The translations under genes were made by a program, and so were the position numbers. The notes under the pieces are model-generated. The model was not told the DNA's origin. It saw nothing but the letters and a program-made list of their open reading frames with translations, and did not search any database. Shown one piece after another: positions 38,096 through 50,479 of a stretch of DNA of 64,000 nucleotides. Origin of the DNA: Callorhinchus milii (taxonomy: Eukaryota); NCBI RefSeq assembly GCF_018977255.1, contig NW_024704742.1:86554001-86618000 (forward strand), given 5' to 3'. How positions within the stretch are numbered: position 1 is the first letter of the stretch; each line of letters starts with the position of its first letter.

Positions 38096-41000
38096 ATTAG
38101 ATTCTGTATTTCTTTTCTCTCTCTCTGTTTGCCCTTTTTTCTTCTTTGTTGTTCCTTTTTTTTCTCTCCGTTTCTCCTCGCTCTCTCTCCAATTCTCTTT
38201 CTCTATCTGTTTCTTTTTCTCCCACTCACCTTTTTATTAACCTTTTCTCATTCACTCAAACCCTTTCTCAATATTTCTGTTGACTGTAAGAAAAGTAAAA
38301 CAAGCTTTTGGCTTCTAGTTCCTACAAGCCAAGAACGCAAAGCTGTCCATAATTGGGTGTGGTGGAGGGTGGGGGGATCCTGGCAGTCACACTCGGAAAG
38401 GCCACAAAAAGGGCTGGAGTGATTGGGGAAAGCCTGCAGCAATGGTTGTGTGAAGCTGAGCTTGTTGGTTAAAGTGCTTTAATGGGCGGAGTAGAAGCAC
38501 GGAAAGCTTAGCATCTGGCTTCTGTTCCATTGGGAGGGCTTGGCTCCAAAGCGAGGAAAACAAATTGCCATTCTCACCTAGGTGAGTGGAAAACATGGCT
38601 TCCCCCTCTCCTCCCCCCCCCCCACACACACACACACATCCTAGCCATCTTGCCAACTTGCGAACAGTAGTGATTGGATTGGAAAGAAATATTTGATTCT
38701 TAATTGTGCCGTAAGAATTTCAAGATACAGTAACAATGGTCCATTCTTCATAAGAATTAAAACTTTTTATATTGCTTTATCCATGAAAATGTCATAAACC
38801 GCTTCACAAGTTACCGTAAAGAGCAGTTTGTGGCTGTTTTTTTAGGCAATCACAGCTGCTGTTTTGCACCAGCAGGAGTACAGTAGGTCTCTGCTATACC
38901 GTGGTAGTGGGTCCTTAAAATCATACCCCATGTTTATAATTGGGTACATCCGTACCATAAGTGGACTTGAATTTTTCCAAAGTGAGTTACATTGGGGTCT
39001 GACTGGATTACAATACAAATTTATATTTATACGGAGCCTTTCATGTTGGGAGGATGTCCCAAGATGCTGGAGAATCTAAGGTTTGCACCAGAGCTAGGTG
39101 TGGGGGCCAAGGGGTGGGAAGATGACTCATTGTGCGGTCAAAAAGGAAGTTCTTGAGGTGGACCTTGAAGGGGTGAGTTGAAGGGTCTCCATGATGGAGT
39201 TCCAGAAGGAGGGTCCAGATCAGTTAAAATCTGAGTTTGGAAGCAGTAACTGGGCCCGAGTTTTCCTGCCATGCCAAACGTAACCCATTTCTTGAGGGAG
39301 TCTTTTGTGTGTTTCTATCAAGAGTTTGCTAAGTATAGTGGATATAATAAAACAATATACATTCAAAATCTTTGCTGATGCACTTGAAGGGATTGGACGT
39401 TAAACGGTGCTTGAAACCACATGCCCACAGAACATGCAGAGGTTTTTAGGCAGCTCAAACTGCAATGTCCTTCTAACCTTTAAGGAACACAAAAATGTTC
39501 TAGGATCTAGTATTATTTTTAAAGCAGTGCTAAAGATTTGAACTAGTATATTTTAACTGCACATTAAATATTCCCCAGTTCAACATCATTACACTTACCC
39601 TTTGGAACCATTTGGTGGTTGGTGGTTTTAATTGTGTGGTTAGAGAAGGCTGCAGGTCTTTGATGTGTTTTCTCCCCCCCCCTCCGTCCAGGTTAGATTT
39701 CGCTGATAAGCAAAGCAAGGTTGCATGGATCGAAATTATTGAGTGGAATCGTACCATTGTTGGGAGGGAGAAAAACAGTGATATGCAAAACAGGGCTATG
39801 ACCTGTTAAGGTGGCTCTGACCACTCCACGTGCCTTTCTCCTGAACAAAGTTAGTTGGATCGTATAGGCAATTGATCTGTAAGTGAGGAACTGTTCAGTA
39901 TTTTGTTTTCACTGCATTAACGACAGTCAGTTACTCAAGATAAGGCTGAGGTTGGAAATGGCAATAAAGTGGGAGGGATTTTTTTACTATGCCTATTCTT
40001 GCTCTTCTCTAAGATTTGCCAGAAATGTAGTAGCCTGCACCGAAGGGAGCCAATTTGTTTTGCATTACGGTGAGGGAGGACCAGAGGTTTGGATTGCTGT
40101 CTTAAGAATAGTTGGTAATGAGGAAAGGCCACTCATTTATCCCACCGCAGCCCATTTCCCCTCTCGTGTGGGAATGGAGGAGCTATTACTGAAGTACTAA
40201 GGAAATAGTAACAATTAACTCACTGGAAGCAAAGCAATGAGCTCCCGTCTGCTTCTGACAGCCGAGCCGTTTTTCTTTCCGGTGAATTATTCTATTATTG
40301 TTTTAGACACAGCGGGTCTATCTTTCAATCTTAACTCCAGCTGTTATAAGTGAAAACTTGGGGTTGAGTGAAATGGGTACAAACTAAGCCATAGAAGGAT
40401 AATTAATGTCCTCTTGTCATATGCCTCTGGAGCAGCTCCTGGAGTCTGTTTCACTTGGCTGAGAGAGCCTCAGGCTTTGTTCTGCCAAACTGTCATTTAC
40501 TGAGAGATAAGGAGCTACTCTGTGCTTCAGCACTGTGCTGTTTAGTGGTACAGGATATCCTCATTTCTCTCATTGACTTGGGATGGGAATGTGAGTTGGT
40601 CGGTAGCAACAGTGCTTTGAGATGCTAACTTTTCACCAGTGTATTCACAGTGGTGTCTGTCTCGTGTACAGGAAATACTATTTTTTAAAATCCAATAATA
40701 AATGTGGGACTGAACACATATCTCTCCGTGTATAACATTTCTCAAAGCAGAATTTTTTGTACGTCGGTATTGCATTGTTGGGTCATCAATAGATACTAGC
40801 ATTTGCGATATCTATAATATCTCTTTCTCTCTATATGTGTGTATATATATATATGATTTTTGTTACCTTTGTTGCCCACAAACATGTATTTATAATGCCA
40901 CTGAAACATTCATTCAAGGCTTTGTCACATCGCATTTAGACTTTTCTGATGTACTCCTTGCTCCTTGGGATATCCTCCTGACGGGAAAGGTGGTATATAA

Positions 41001-41221
41001 ATGCAATTTGTTGTTGGTGGTGATGGTGCTGGTGGTGATGGTAATAATGGTGGTCTCCCTAGCTCCACCATGTTGCAACCCATTCAAACTTCTGCTGTTC
41101 ACGCCTTTGCCGGCTCCAGACCCATTACCTACCCCCGGTCTGCTACCTTGTCTCTGTAAAGTGCTCTGAGACGTTAAGCGCCGTGAGGACTCTATATAGA
41201 TGTTGTTGTTGTTAATAGTTC

Positions 41222-41582
41222 CCTCAGGGATTTGGACCCAAGCAGGAAGTTGGGATCTGAAGGGGTGGAGGGCAGAGCAGGTAGGGGTAGGAGGGTGACC
41301 GAAAGCGCGGTCGAAAAGGAGTGTCTTGGGATGTCCCTTGAAGGAGGCAATGGAGGGAGCGAGGAGAAGGTACTGTAGGATGGAATTCCAAAGAGTGGGT
41401 GCAGACAAGCTGAAGGCCAATGGCCGGAACCCGCTGAACGAAGGGAGCGGACAAGTTGATATGGGGTTAGCAGGCCACAGAGGTAGGAAAGAGCAAGGCC
41501 GTGGAGGGCTTTGAGGGCGAGGACAAAATTTTTCAATTTTATCCTCTGGGGAATCGGGAACCAGTGGAGCTGGACGAGGGTA
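41222..41582 (-). mobile_element. L2 3' fragment
   Basis: LALKALHGLALSYLCGLLTPYQLVRSLRSAGSG; AFSLSAPTLWNSI. Confidence 0.88.
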
Positions 41583-43383
41583 GCCTATCTCATACCAAAT
41601 GCTGCCAAAATTTTAGTCACAGCCTAATAAGTTACAACCTAGACTTTCAAGCAGAAACATATTAATTCTATGATATGTCCTGCTTGCACCTCTCTTGCCC
41701 AGGTCATCTGTGTCTGTGATTGTTGGCAGGGCATCGGATGTTTGGAGGGTTAGGAGCTGATGTCCTCAATAATATCTCCACACATTCACCTCCAGCAGCA
41801 GTGGTCATTGGATTGCAATTCGAATGATAATTGGAATATTAATACCAGAATGACTGGTATTCAGATGAAGCTAATAAAGCAACTCAATGATCAACTGACT
41901 GCGTACAGGAATCAAATCAATTCTGCACCTTTCTCCTATATGAGCTAGTATTGTACCAGGCAATGCCTTTCCTAAATCGGTCATTGGGGAAGCTCATGAT
42001 ATTTGTTTAAGAAAGAAATTAGGAGAATTTGAAGCACTTTGCAAATGAACAGTAGGACTCTGTGTACTTAAATCTCTGCACATGAATTGCAGCGTATGGT
42101 GCACAGATGGGAAAAAATATAAAGTTAAGAATGAAATCTGCAGTTTCTCTCCAATGTATAATTAATGGTTCTGTTTAAAAGTCTGGGCTGTAATCTGTTT
42201 CAATAAACTTAATTTTACAGCAATTCTCCTAGCAAAAAGATTAAACCCTCACTGCTAAACGACTTAAACCTCGGCTTCACATGTTGAATAGAATTATTTT
42301 GTGTTGCTTTTGTGAAAGAAGTACTGCCATTGTTTTCAAAGAATAGAAGATGACTTTAGTATTTTTATTTGAAAGAAATATGTATTTTTTAATTGTTTGG
42401 CAATTAGTCAGCTATTCAGTTCAGCCAAGTAGATTCTAACTGCAGTGTAGTTAATAAAAACATACTTGTCAGCACAGGAATGTTGGTGTGATGTTTAAAA
42501 TTTCAGGATACGTCCTCACTTTCAAATTGATCCCTGGTCTTGTCCCACCCTAGCTCTGTGACTCCTCAAACTGTACCAACCTGGCTATGCCCTCACCCAA
42601 CAGGCACCAGCCTATTCCCTGCCCTACCTGCACCACCCTCCCAGCTCGGGTGGCCAAAACCCTCCCAGCTCGGGTGCCTTGGCATGTCCTCCTGACGTGA
42701 AAAGGGCTCTATAAATTTGCATTGTAATTGATATGTCAGGATAGTTTCAGGCTTGCTGACTGGCTCTGGCTCTGAGATGTATTGAGATTGATGGTGTTTC
42801 TATTCCTATTAGCAAGGTAGGGCTCCAGCACAAACACTCTTTACCAGGTCACAATCTTCTTGGCTGCAGGTACAATACAATACACATTTATAGAACACCT
42901 TTTACATCAGAAAGACGTCTCGAAGCACTTACAACCTCTGGCTGAGCACCTGAGCTGGCGGTGGAATTCGAAGGGGGTGGGGAGAGGAAAAATGATCAAA
43001 GTGCAATCAAAGAAGTACATCTTGAGATGGAGCTTGAATGAGGTGAGGGAGAGATCTTTCCTGGTCTCTGGAGATAGTCGTTATCTTTAAAGGCCACCCA
43101 GTGTTCCAAATCTCATTTCTGGATTATAGACCAGCCCCACACTGGTCAGAGGCAAATTAATGACCAGTGCACTTGGAGTAAGCGAGGTGGGTGTTCAATC
43201 CTCTCCCTGTACTAGTCCTGAAAACCTCGGGAAATGCTGCAGTGGGAACAACCTCTAGAGACAGCGGCAGTGCTTCATTTATACTGCGACATGAAATGTA
43301 CACGGTATCTGAGATGACTAAAAGCTTACAGCTTGCAGAGCTCTTCCTCGAGGCACCATGGTCCTCATAAAAATGTATCTTAT

Positions 43384-43718
43384 GGACTCCTGCAGCTTAG
43401 TGGTTAGAGCACTCAACTTACAAGCGAGAGACCTAGGTTTGATTCAAGTTTCCTTACTCCATACGCCTCTGTTCAACCAGCAGTAAGTAGGAACCTGGTT
43501 GTTAGTCGATTGCCAGATCGCCTTTCCGGGGGTAATAATCCCTTCAAAAAAAAAACTTGGTCTTGGTCATTTGTGGGACACTGCTGTGCACAATTGGCTG
43601 CCGCGTTTCGCCCACAAAATATACAGTTCATTCACGTTATAGTATATTCTGTGATGTGCTTTGAGACGTCTCGAAGACGTGATAAGGCGCTTTATCAAAT
43701 TCAAGGATTATTATTATT
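43384..43718 (+). mobile_element. tRNA-SINE
   Basis: ggactcctgcagcttagtggttagagc...tcaaattcaaggattattatt. Confidence 0.9.
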
Positions 43719-43815
43719 TTATCCAGTGAATTAAATTTGATCTCAAAAGTTTGATGATAGATTTGGCGAAGTGCAATCCGCTGAGCAGCTCTGTGAATAC
43801 TTGACCTGTAAAAGG

Positions 43816-44132
43816 AATAATAACAATAATAATCCTTGCATTTGATATAGCGCTTTTCACGTCTTCTATATGTCTCAAAGCGCTTCACAGAATAGACTGT
43901 AAAGTGAATTGCCTGTATAATTGTGAGCGATACCCGGGAGCCAATTGCACACAGCAGTGTCCCACAAATAGTCGTGAATTGAAATGACCAATTTATTATT
44001 TTTTTGTTGAGGGATTATTTATTATCAGGTGTGTGGAGTAAGGAAACTTGCCCAAGGTTTCACCCTGCTGGGAATCGAACTCAGGTCTCTCGCTTGTGAG
44101 CCGAGTGCTCTAACCACTGAGCTACAGGACTC
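43816..44132 (-). mobile_element. tRNA-SINE, inverted relative to 43384-43718
   Basis: Reverse complement of gagtcctgtagctcagtggttagagcactc...aaatgcaaggattatt. Confidence 0.9.
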
Positions 44133-44499
44133 TAATACCTGTGTGTGCATGTGTGCGCGTGTTGCGTGCGCACACGTGTGTCATACGTATGTGTTCAGGA
44201 GGGGAGAGGCTTTCTTTTGAAGCATTGATGCCTCAAGGACAAAGCAATGGTGAGAAAGTCTTCAGCGACAAAAAGATTCTTCTGCACTTTATGAGTGGCT
44301 TTTTCCACTTGTCCCCTCAACGTCTTTTATATTTTGTAGCACACCTCACTTCCTCCCTTAGTTTACTTCCTAAGCTACTCATTTGCTAAAGGAAGCATGA
44401 CTGTTGTGAAGGCTTTTTTGGTGACTGAAACAAAGGAGCACTCAATGGTGGTGGTAAAACCCAAAAAGATGTTCCATTTCCCAGCCCTGCAAGACACTC

Positions 44500-44908
44500 T
44501 TGACTTTTAAGACTGTCCCTTGCCCCCTCCTACCTCTCTACCTGCTGACCCTCTATCAACCTGTCCGCTCCCTCCGTTCAGCAGGCCTGTTCCATGTCTC
44601 ACGCCCGACCCACCCTACCATCGGCAGCTGGGCTTTCAGCCTCTCTGCCCCCACCCTCTGGAACTCCATCCACAATCCCATTGCCTTGCTCCCTCTCTTG
44701 CCTCCTTCAAGGCACAACTGAAGACCCTCCTTTTCGACCGTGCCTTCAGCCGCCCTCCTACCCCTCTGCCCTCTCTCACCCCAAACCTGCCCACCCCCTG
44801 ACCCCCCTCCCCCACCCACGCTCGGGTCCTGATCTCTGACTGTTCAGCACCTTGGGACGCCTCCCAACTTGAAAGGCGCTTTACAAATGTAATTTTGTTG
44901 TTGTTGTC
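44500..44908 (+). mobile_element. L2 3' fragment
   Basis: YQPVRSLRSAG...IGSWAFSLSAPTLWNSI; (TTG)n tail. Confidence 0.88.
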
Positions 44909-47039
44909 AGTGGGAAACTCGGAAATGGTGCTATATCAAATGTAACTATTATCAGTTGTATTATATGCAGCCATCTGGCCCAAATGGCTTCTCTACTTCC
45001 TTCAAGGCCCATCTCAAGACTCTCCTCTTCGATCTTGCCTTCACTCACCCTCCTACCCCTACCCTCTCTGTTCTCCACCCCACTTGCTTTTCATTGTTGT
45101 CTTGTGGGCTGATTAAAATCTCCTAATCTCCTAACAAAAAAAAGTATGTGGACCTCTATACCCCTATCTTATTTAGGTTTCCTCTGTCTTAAAGTTGCAC
45201 ATTTTTTCTACTTGATAAGAGCTTGCAGGGAAATGACTTGCTGCAAGGTTTCAGTATAATGGGCTCTGGTATTTGAATTGTAGTGACCTCAGGGGCTCTG
45301 ACTGATGGTTCTCTCTGTGTTGATAGTAAGGTGTTGAGATTGGACTTTGGGAAATCTCTGATGCAAGCCTGTGTCTTTCTGCTCTGTAGCATATTCAAAG
45401 AAGTAAACAGAATAGGTTTCAAAAGATTTGCTGTGGGAACACATCCGCTCTCTGCCTTGGAAAGGAGTCGTCACGAGCGTTTGTATCATTGATTTTCCCA
45501 CATGGAGAGTTGCCAATCTCAGCTGTGTCCTTGGCAAGGTGCCTCCGAGAGCTGAAGAGAGGGAAGAAGTGGATTGCCCGGCTTGTGTGGCTCACAGTGA
45601 TGAGTCATAGAGTGATGCCAGAGCCTGGAAGCAGATTGCTTAGTGCTTACTGTTACATTTAGGAGTTTGACCACCTCTGAATTCAACTCCAAATGGAAAG
45701 CTCCTGGATTTCCTGGCCCCAAATTTCCCATATTCCTATTTGGAGTACGATCTTTCATGGCCTGTGCAATCGGGAGCCCTAATTCCTTAACAAAATGGTC
45801 AGCAGTGACCTTTTGCTAAGAACGTGAAATTTTGTGGCATAGTGATGATAACTTTGCAAGATGACGTCAAGACGTTTTGTGCAGGCGTGGATCATGAGGT
45901 ATTGTAACTGCTCTGCGGACGTCCGGAGGCAATGTACAAAGGGTTGAAGCTTGGAATGCCGCAATGCATCTGTTTTGGTGCAGCATTTGAGGCCGCTGTA
46001 ACCCAGAAGGTAAAGATGGCATTAACTGCATTTGTCTCAACAAACTGGAAGATCTTGAAATGCTTCTCATAGTGACTCATTGCTAATTGTGTAGTGGAGA
46101 GTCTGCGGCAGCAGTGTTTTTCCTGCAAAAGCAGCGATGCGATGAATGGCCAATTTATGTTTTTGCTCTTGGTGAATTTGGATGAGGAAACAATATTGGT
46201 CAGGATTCCAGGAGAATTAATTCCCTCCTGTTTGAAATTGTGCTGGGATCTCTTAACACACATCACAACAGGCAGCCAGAACTGTCTTCAGATTTGACGT
46301 CTTAATCCAAAGGGTGGAAAAATCACTAGTCTTTCCTCTTGATCGAGGCACAGGGAGACTTCAGGTGGGAAAACTAAATATCTGTTTTCCTGAAGTAAAG
46401 AATTTCAATAGATGAGAATTCCAGCCAGCTCCCTGCTTCTTTGATTTACAATGCGTACCTTGAGGCAAAACTTTAGCTGACTCAAATTTCCAGCAGCAGT
46501 CTCCCCACATGCACACAGTGAAATTCATGCTGGTATTTTTCAAAGCAAGGATATCTTTGTTGCTTTAAAAGGGCTCTTTGCTGTTGTTGAGCAGCTTCTT
46601 TATGTATAACCTGTCAGTCTCTGTGGTTAAGTATAGCGTACAACTCTTCCATGTTAAGTGCATGCTGCAAAGCAATCTGTGGAATCGAATGTGCCGCAAG
46701 GAAGTTCTGTAACTGGAGGTACAATTGGCTCTGTCTTTTGATGTACTGAATGTACTTACTTGTGCAAAGCTGCAAGTGTCCTCAACGTGCGGGAAGGGGG
46801 GTGGGAAGGGCGAGCCGCATGTGTGTGTCGGGGTGGAGGGGGGCGCTAGGGGGGAGTAATTCCAACTTTGATTAGGATGGATTTTCCAATTTTCTGGTTG
46901 CTACGATAAGAATGTTTTTCTTCAGTAGAAGTCTCTGCTGTGTTTTTTTTTCTCCCTCCCCTCCTACTTGTGCGCAAACATATAGAGGTAAAAGGTGTAT
47001 CGCATCTCAGTTGTAGGTGGCAGCCTGGGCTTCTGTTTT

Positions 47040-47258
47040 TTTTTGTCGGTGTCTGACACATGCGGAAACCCATCACCATGCTTAAGAGTATCCAAACCAA
47101 ACTGACAATTCCATGCATCCCACCTACACATGGAAATCCCAGAGATAGATTGTTGGAATGGAATGGACACTCTCTCCCTGGAGGACGCATCCAGCTTATC
47201 TAATTCCGGAAAGTATTAGGCGCAGGTTGGTAAGAGCCAAGGCTTGGGGACACCAGAG
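47040..47258 (-). repeat. Family U repeat, copy 3
   Basis: gtgtctgacacatgcggaaacccatcaccatgcttaagagtatccaaacc...ggttggtaagagccaaggcttgggga. Confidence 0.8.
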
Positions 47259-47655
47259 TTGGTAACATTTTCGCCGAGTCAGAAGGTTGTGGATTCAAAT
47301 TCCATGTCCGAACTTTGAGCTCATATAGTCTAGTCTGACATTCCAGTGAAGTACTGGGAGCGTGCTGCATTGCTGGAGGTGCTGTCGATAACCGAAGTCC
47401 CGTCTGCCCGTTCAAATGGACATTACAGCTCCCATGACACTATTTCAAAAGAGGAGTTTCTCCTGGCGTCCTGGTTATCAATCCCCCATATACAATCGTG
47501 TCATTCGCTTTACCACCGTTTGTGAGACATTGCTGTGTGCAATTTGGCAGCTGCGTTCGCTTATAAAATACACAGACGCTACACTTTACAGTAAATCCCG
47601 TGAAGAGTTTTGAGATATGAAAGGCACTATATCAAATGCAAGGATTATTATTATG
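47259..47655 (+). mobile_element. Deu-domain SINE with L2-type tail
   Basis: gagtcagaaggttgtggattcaaat...ctgacattccagtgaagtactgggagcgtgctgcattgctggaggtgc...aaatgcaaggattatta. Confidence 0.75.
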
Positions 47656-48189
47656 TGGACATTCAATAATTTCACAGTAGTTATTGCAGATTCCTGAGGC
47701 ACTTAGCAAACAGGTGAAACTGCAACACTTTTCAAACTCAATTTTCCCGTTATCTTTGTAGAGTCTACAGAATTCGATGGGACTGAATGAATCATTGAAT
47801 CGTAGAAATTACAATATAGGTGGAGGCCATTTGGCCCAATTAGACTAACCTGGCATCGCTCGTACAGTGAAACCAGCTGCTCTAAAAGTGCAACTGAAAT
47901 TCTCTCCATTCTGAACCTCGGCACGAGTTTCCTGTCACTAATTGTAAATAAATTTTAAATAAAATAACAACTTGTTGAGTCTGTGAAGCTTGCTGGTGTC
48001 CCAACGACATCACTTCCTGATGGTGACCTTGCTATCTGGTTTATGTTTGACTGGCAGGCTCCAATGTAGACGAAACATAGCCTGATATTTAGCACCTTAT
48101 TATGATGGATGTTTGCAAGTGAACAAGAAACTCATTTGCTTCAACATTGACATTGGCTTCTGTTCAGGGAATTCATTTTGTGTAGGTGA

Positions 48190-48620
48190 AAATTTAACAC
48201 AATAGGAAGGAATACATTATTATTATCATAAAGAATCAAATGGATTGTACATGTAGTAAGATTGATGTAGCTGGCCCAAGTGATTACAATGTGAAAAATA
48301 AGGAACTAGAGAAAATCAGGAAATCTATCAATCTACAAATTGAATGCAGAAGTTTGTGGCAATGTAAAAAACATATTCCTATAGTCATTGGTGTAACTGT
48401 TAATAAGACTATTTAAAGGTGGCTTGACAAAATACCTGGTGAATAAAATATAAACCTCCTGCAAAAAGTAGCTATTTTAGGATGCTCAATATATTAAGAA
48501 AATTAACATCCATTCATATGTAAAGTGGTTATGTTATTGGTCTGGCTGACCCATCATTGAAAAGCATTTATAAATTACCTCTACAGAGCGATTTAAACTA
48601 ATAACATAATAATAATAATT
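48190..48620 (+). mobile_element. R4-clade (Dong/Rex6-like) non-LTR retrotransposon 3' remnant, restriction-like endonuclease domain
   Basis: Frame from 48261: IDVAGPSDYNVKNKELEKIRKSINLQIECRSLWQCKKHIPIVIGVTV...LLQKVAILG, matching the IDxAxP...KExEKxxKY.xL...LW...IPxVIG...LQKxxLLG pattern; in-frame stops; ends in (TAA)n. Confidence 0.75.
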
Positions 48621-48719
48621 CTTGCATTTGATACAGCAGCTTTCACATCACAAGGGCATCTAAAAGCACTTGACTGCTTATACTTTGAAGTGAAGTGAAT
48701 ATATTCTGTAGACAAACAC

Positions 48720-49305
48720 TCCGAAATGCAGGTTGGAAGGTCTTCTTTGTTACACGTTGGAAGGAAAGAGAGGAAAAAGTTAGAAATAGAGAGGCAAATT
48801 TCTTACTCTTTGCCGAATAAGGCAAAGCTTTATTCAGCAGGGTATCAGTGGTGGAATCAGTTTCTCACAGTTTTCACAATTCTATCTCCATCAATGTATA
48901 AAATCCTGGACGGTTTCACGCTTCAACTGCTTCTTCCAATGAATAAATGTTTTCTCCAAAAAACAGATAGATTTGTCACATAATTGGAGGAGCATCGTTG
49001 TGGCTAATGGGGAACCTACTGGATGGAAGTGCTGTGTGCAGCGTGTTTAATGAGGGGGTTACTGGAGGGCAACTTGGTGAGGAGAGCAAGTTCAGTTGGG
49101 TACAGCGAATGATGACTGGCCTTTTGACAGTCCTGGTGTGTCTCTGCCTTCCCTGAATATCATCCATTGACTCCTTTGGTCTCGCTAAAGTTGCCTTTAT
49201 TCGGTGGGAAGAGCGGGAGTTTATTGGCCTTGCCTGGGTCTGTGAATATCTCTCCTCTTTCTTTCCAACATGTAACAAAGAGGACCTTCCAACCTGTATT
49301 TTGGA
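48720..49305 (+). other. Long imperfect nested inverted repeat, candidate RNA duplex
   Basis: Arms 48720-48773/49251-49305, 48800-48832/49186-49219 and 48947-48959/48984-48995 are reverse-complementary. Confidence 0.85.
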
Positions 49306-50109
49306 AAAAAAGTGCTGCTGCTTTGTTTTGGATGCACTTTATTTTAATGCAGCAAACATTTCTTTTCATAGTGTCAGCTTAAGTACTGCATGTCAAAGAA
49401 GCACAATATGAATATAAGCGAAAGAGAACAGGAAATTCTAAAGTGCACGTAGGTGAACCAAGCCCTAATAAGGTGTTTAACATGGTTGTACAATCTACAA
49501 GGGAGCACACACTCCAGGTCAGAAGAGAGAAGGTGACAGAGGGAGACCGATTTAATTATTGGCATGTGATGAACAAACTGCCCAAGAAATTGCAGGTAGA
49601 TTATGTCAGCAAATTTAACGCCCTCGCTTGTAACACGGTTGGAATTTTCTGGAGCCCAATAGTTTCACCTATTTTATTATTAATATTTTTGTGTACAACA
49701 GAGTGTATTAGACTTGTTATTGACAGCTGTGCGATTGTGCCTCTGGTGAATTGAAGCATTTGCAGTCATGTGTTTTCATACAATGTGTTTCAATTCCTTT
49801 TCAGCCTGTTTTTCTCAGATCTGCGCAGCATAATTTCTCTCTCACTCTGTCTTTCCTTCTGGTTCCCTTTCTCATATCCTTTTCCCTGTCTTTCTCTCTC
49901 ATGTTCCAGTGTGTCTGTCTGCCTCTGTGTATCCCTGCGTGTATCCCTGCGGCTTCTGTCTTGAGATGTACGTTGAGATCTCGCACAGTAAGGCTACTCG
50001 TTACATAGCAATATTTGCAGGAGAAAGAATCTTGTTACAGTGCCCTTCAGTACAGAGTTGCCTTGCTTATAAAGTGGATAGGATCCCTGACATTTATTGT
50101 GTACCTCAG

Positions 50110-50479
50110 TGCTATGAGTCAGAGGGCTGTGGGTTCTATCAGGACATGGAATCACATAGTCTAAGCTGACACTCCAGTGCAGTGCTGGGCTGGGTGTGGG
50201 TGTTGCATTGTCAGAGGTGTTGTCCTTCGGATGAGACATTAAACTGAAGTCCCATTTGCCTGTTCAAGTGGATGTTAAAGATATACCTTGGCCCTGTTTG
50301 AAATGAGAAGGCTGTTTCTCCAGGAGTCCTGGCCAACAAATCCTGCAAACAAAATTGGTCACTCACTTCAAGGCTGTTTGTGGGCACATTGCTGTGCTCA
50401 ACTAACTTCTTTCTACATTTCGCCCCCAAAATACACAGTAAATCCACTTTACAGTATGACCTGTGAAGCACTTTGAGAT
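50110..50479 (+). mobile_element. Deu-domain SINE; its tail continues at 53408-53455 after the L2 insertion
   Basis: gctgacactccagtgcagtgctg...gcattgtcagaggtgttgtccttcggatgagacattaaactgaag...gtgaagcactttgagat. Confidence 0.8.

Noticed and set aside
45400..46150. Possible very old LINE RT remnant (EVVKLLNVTVS)
   Set aside because: Only one weak motif, not enough to call.
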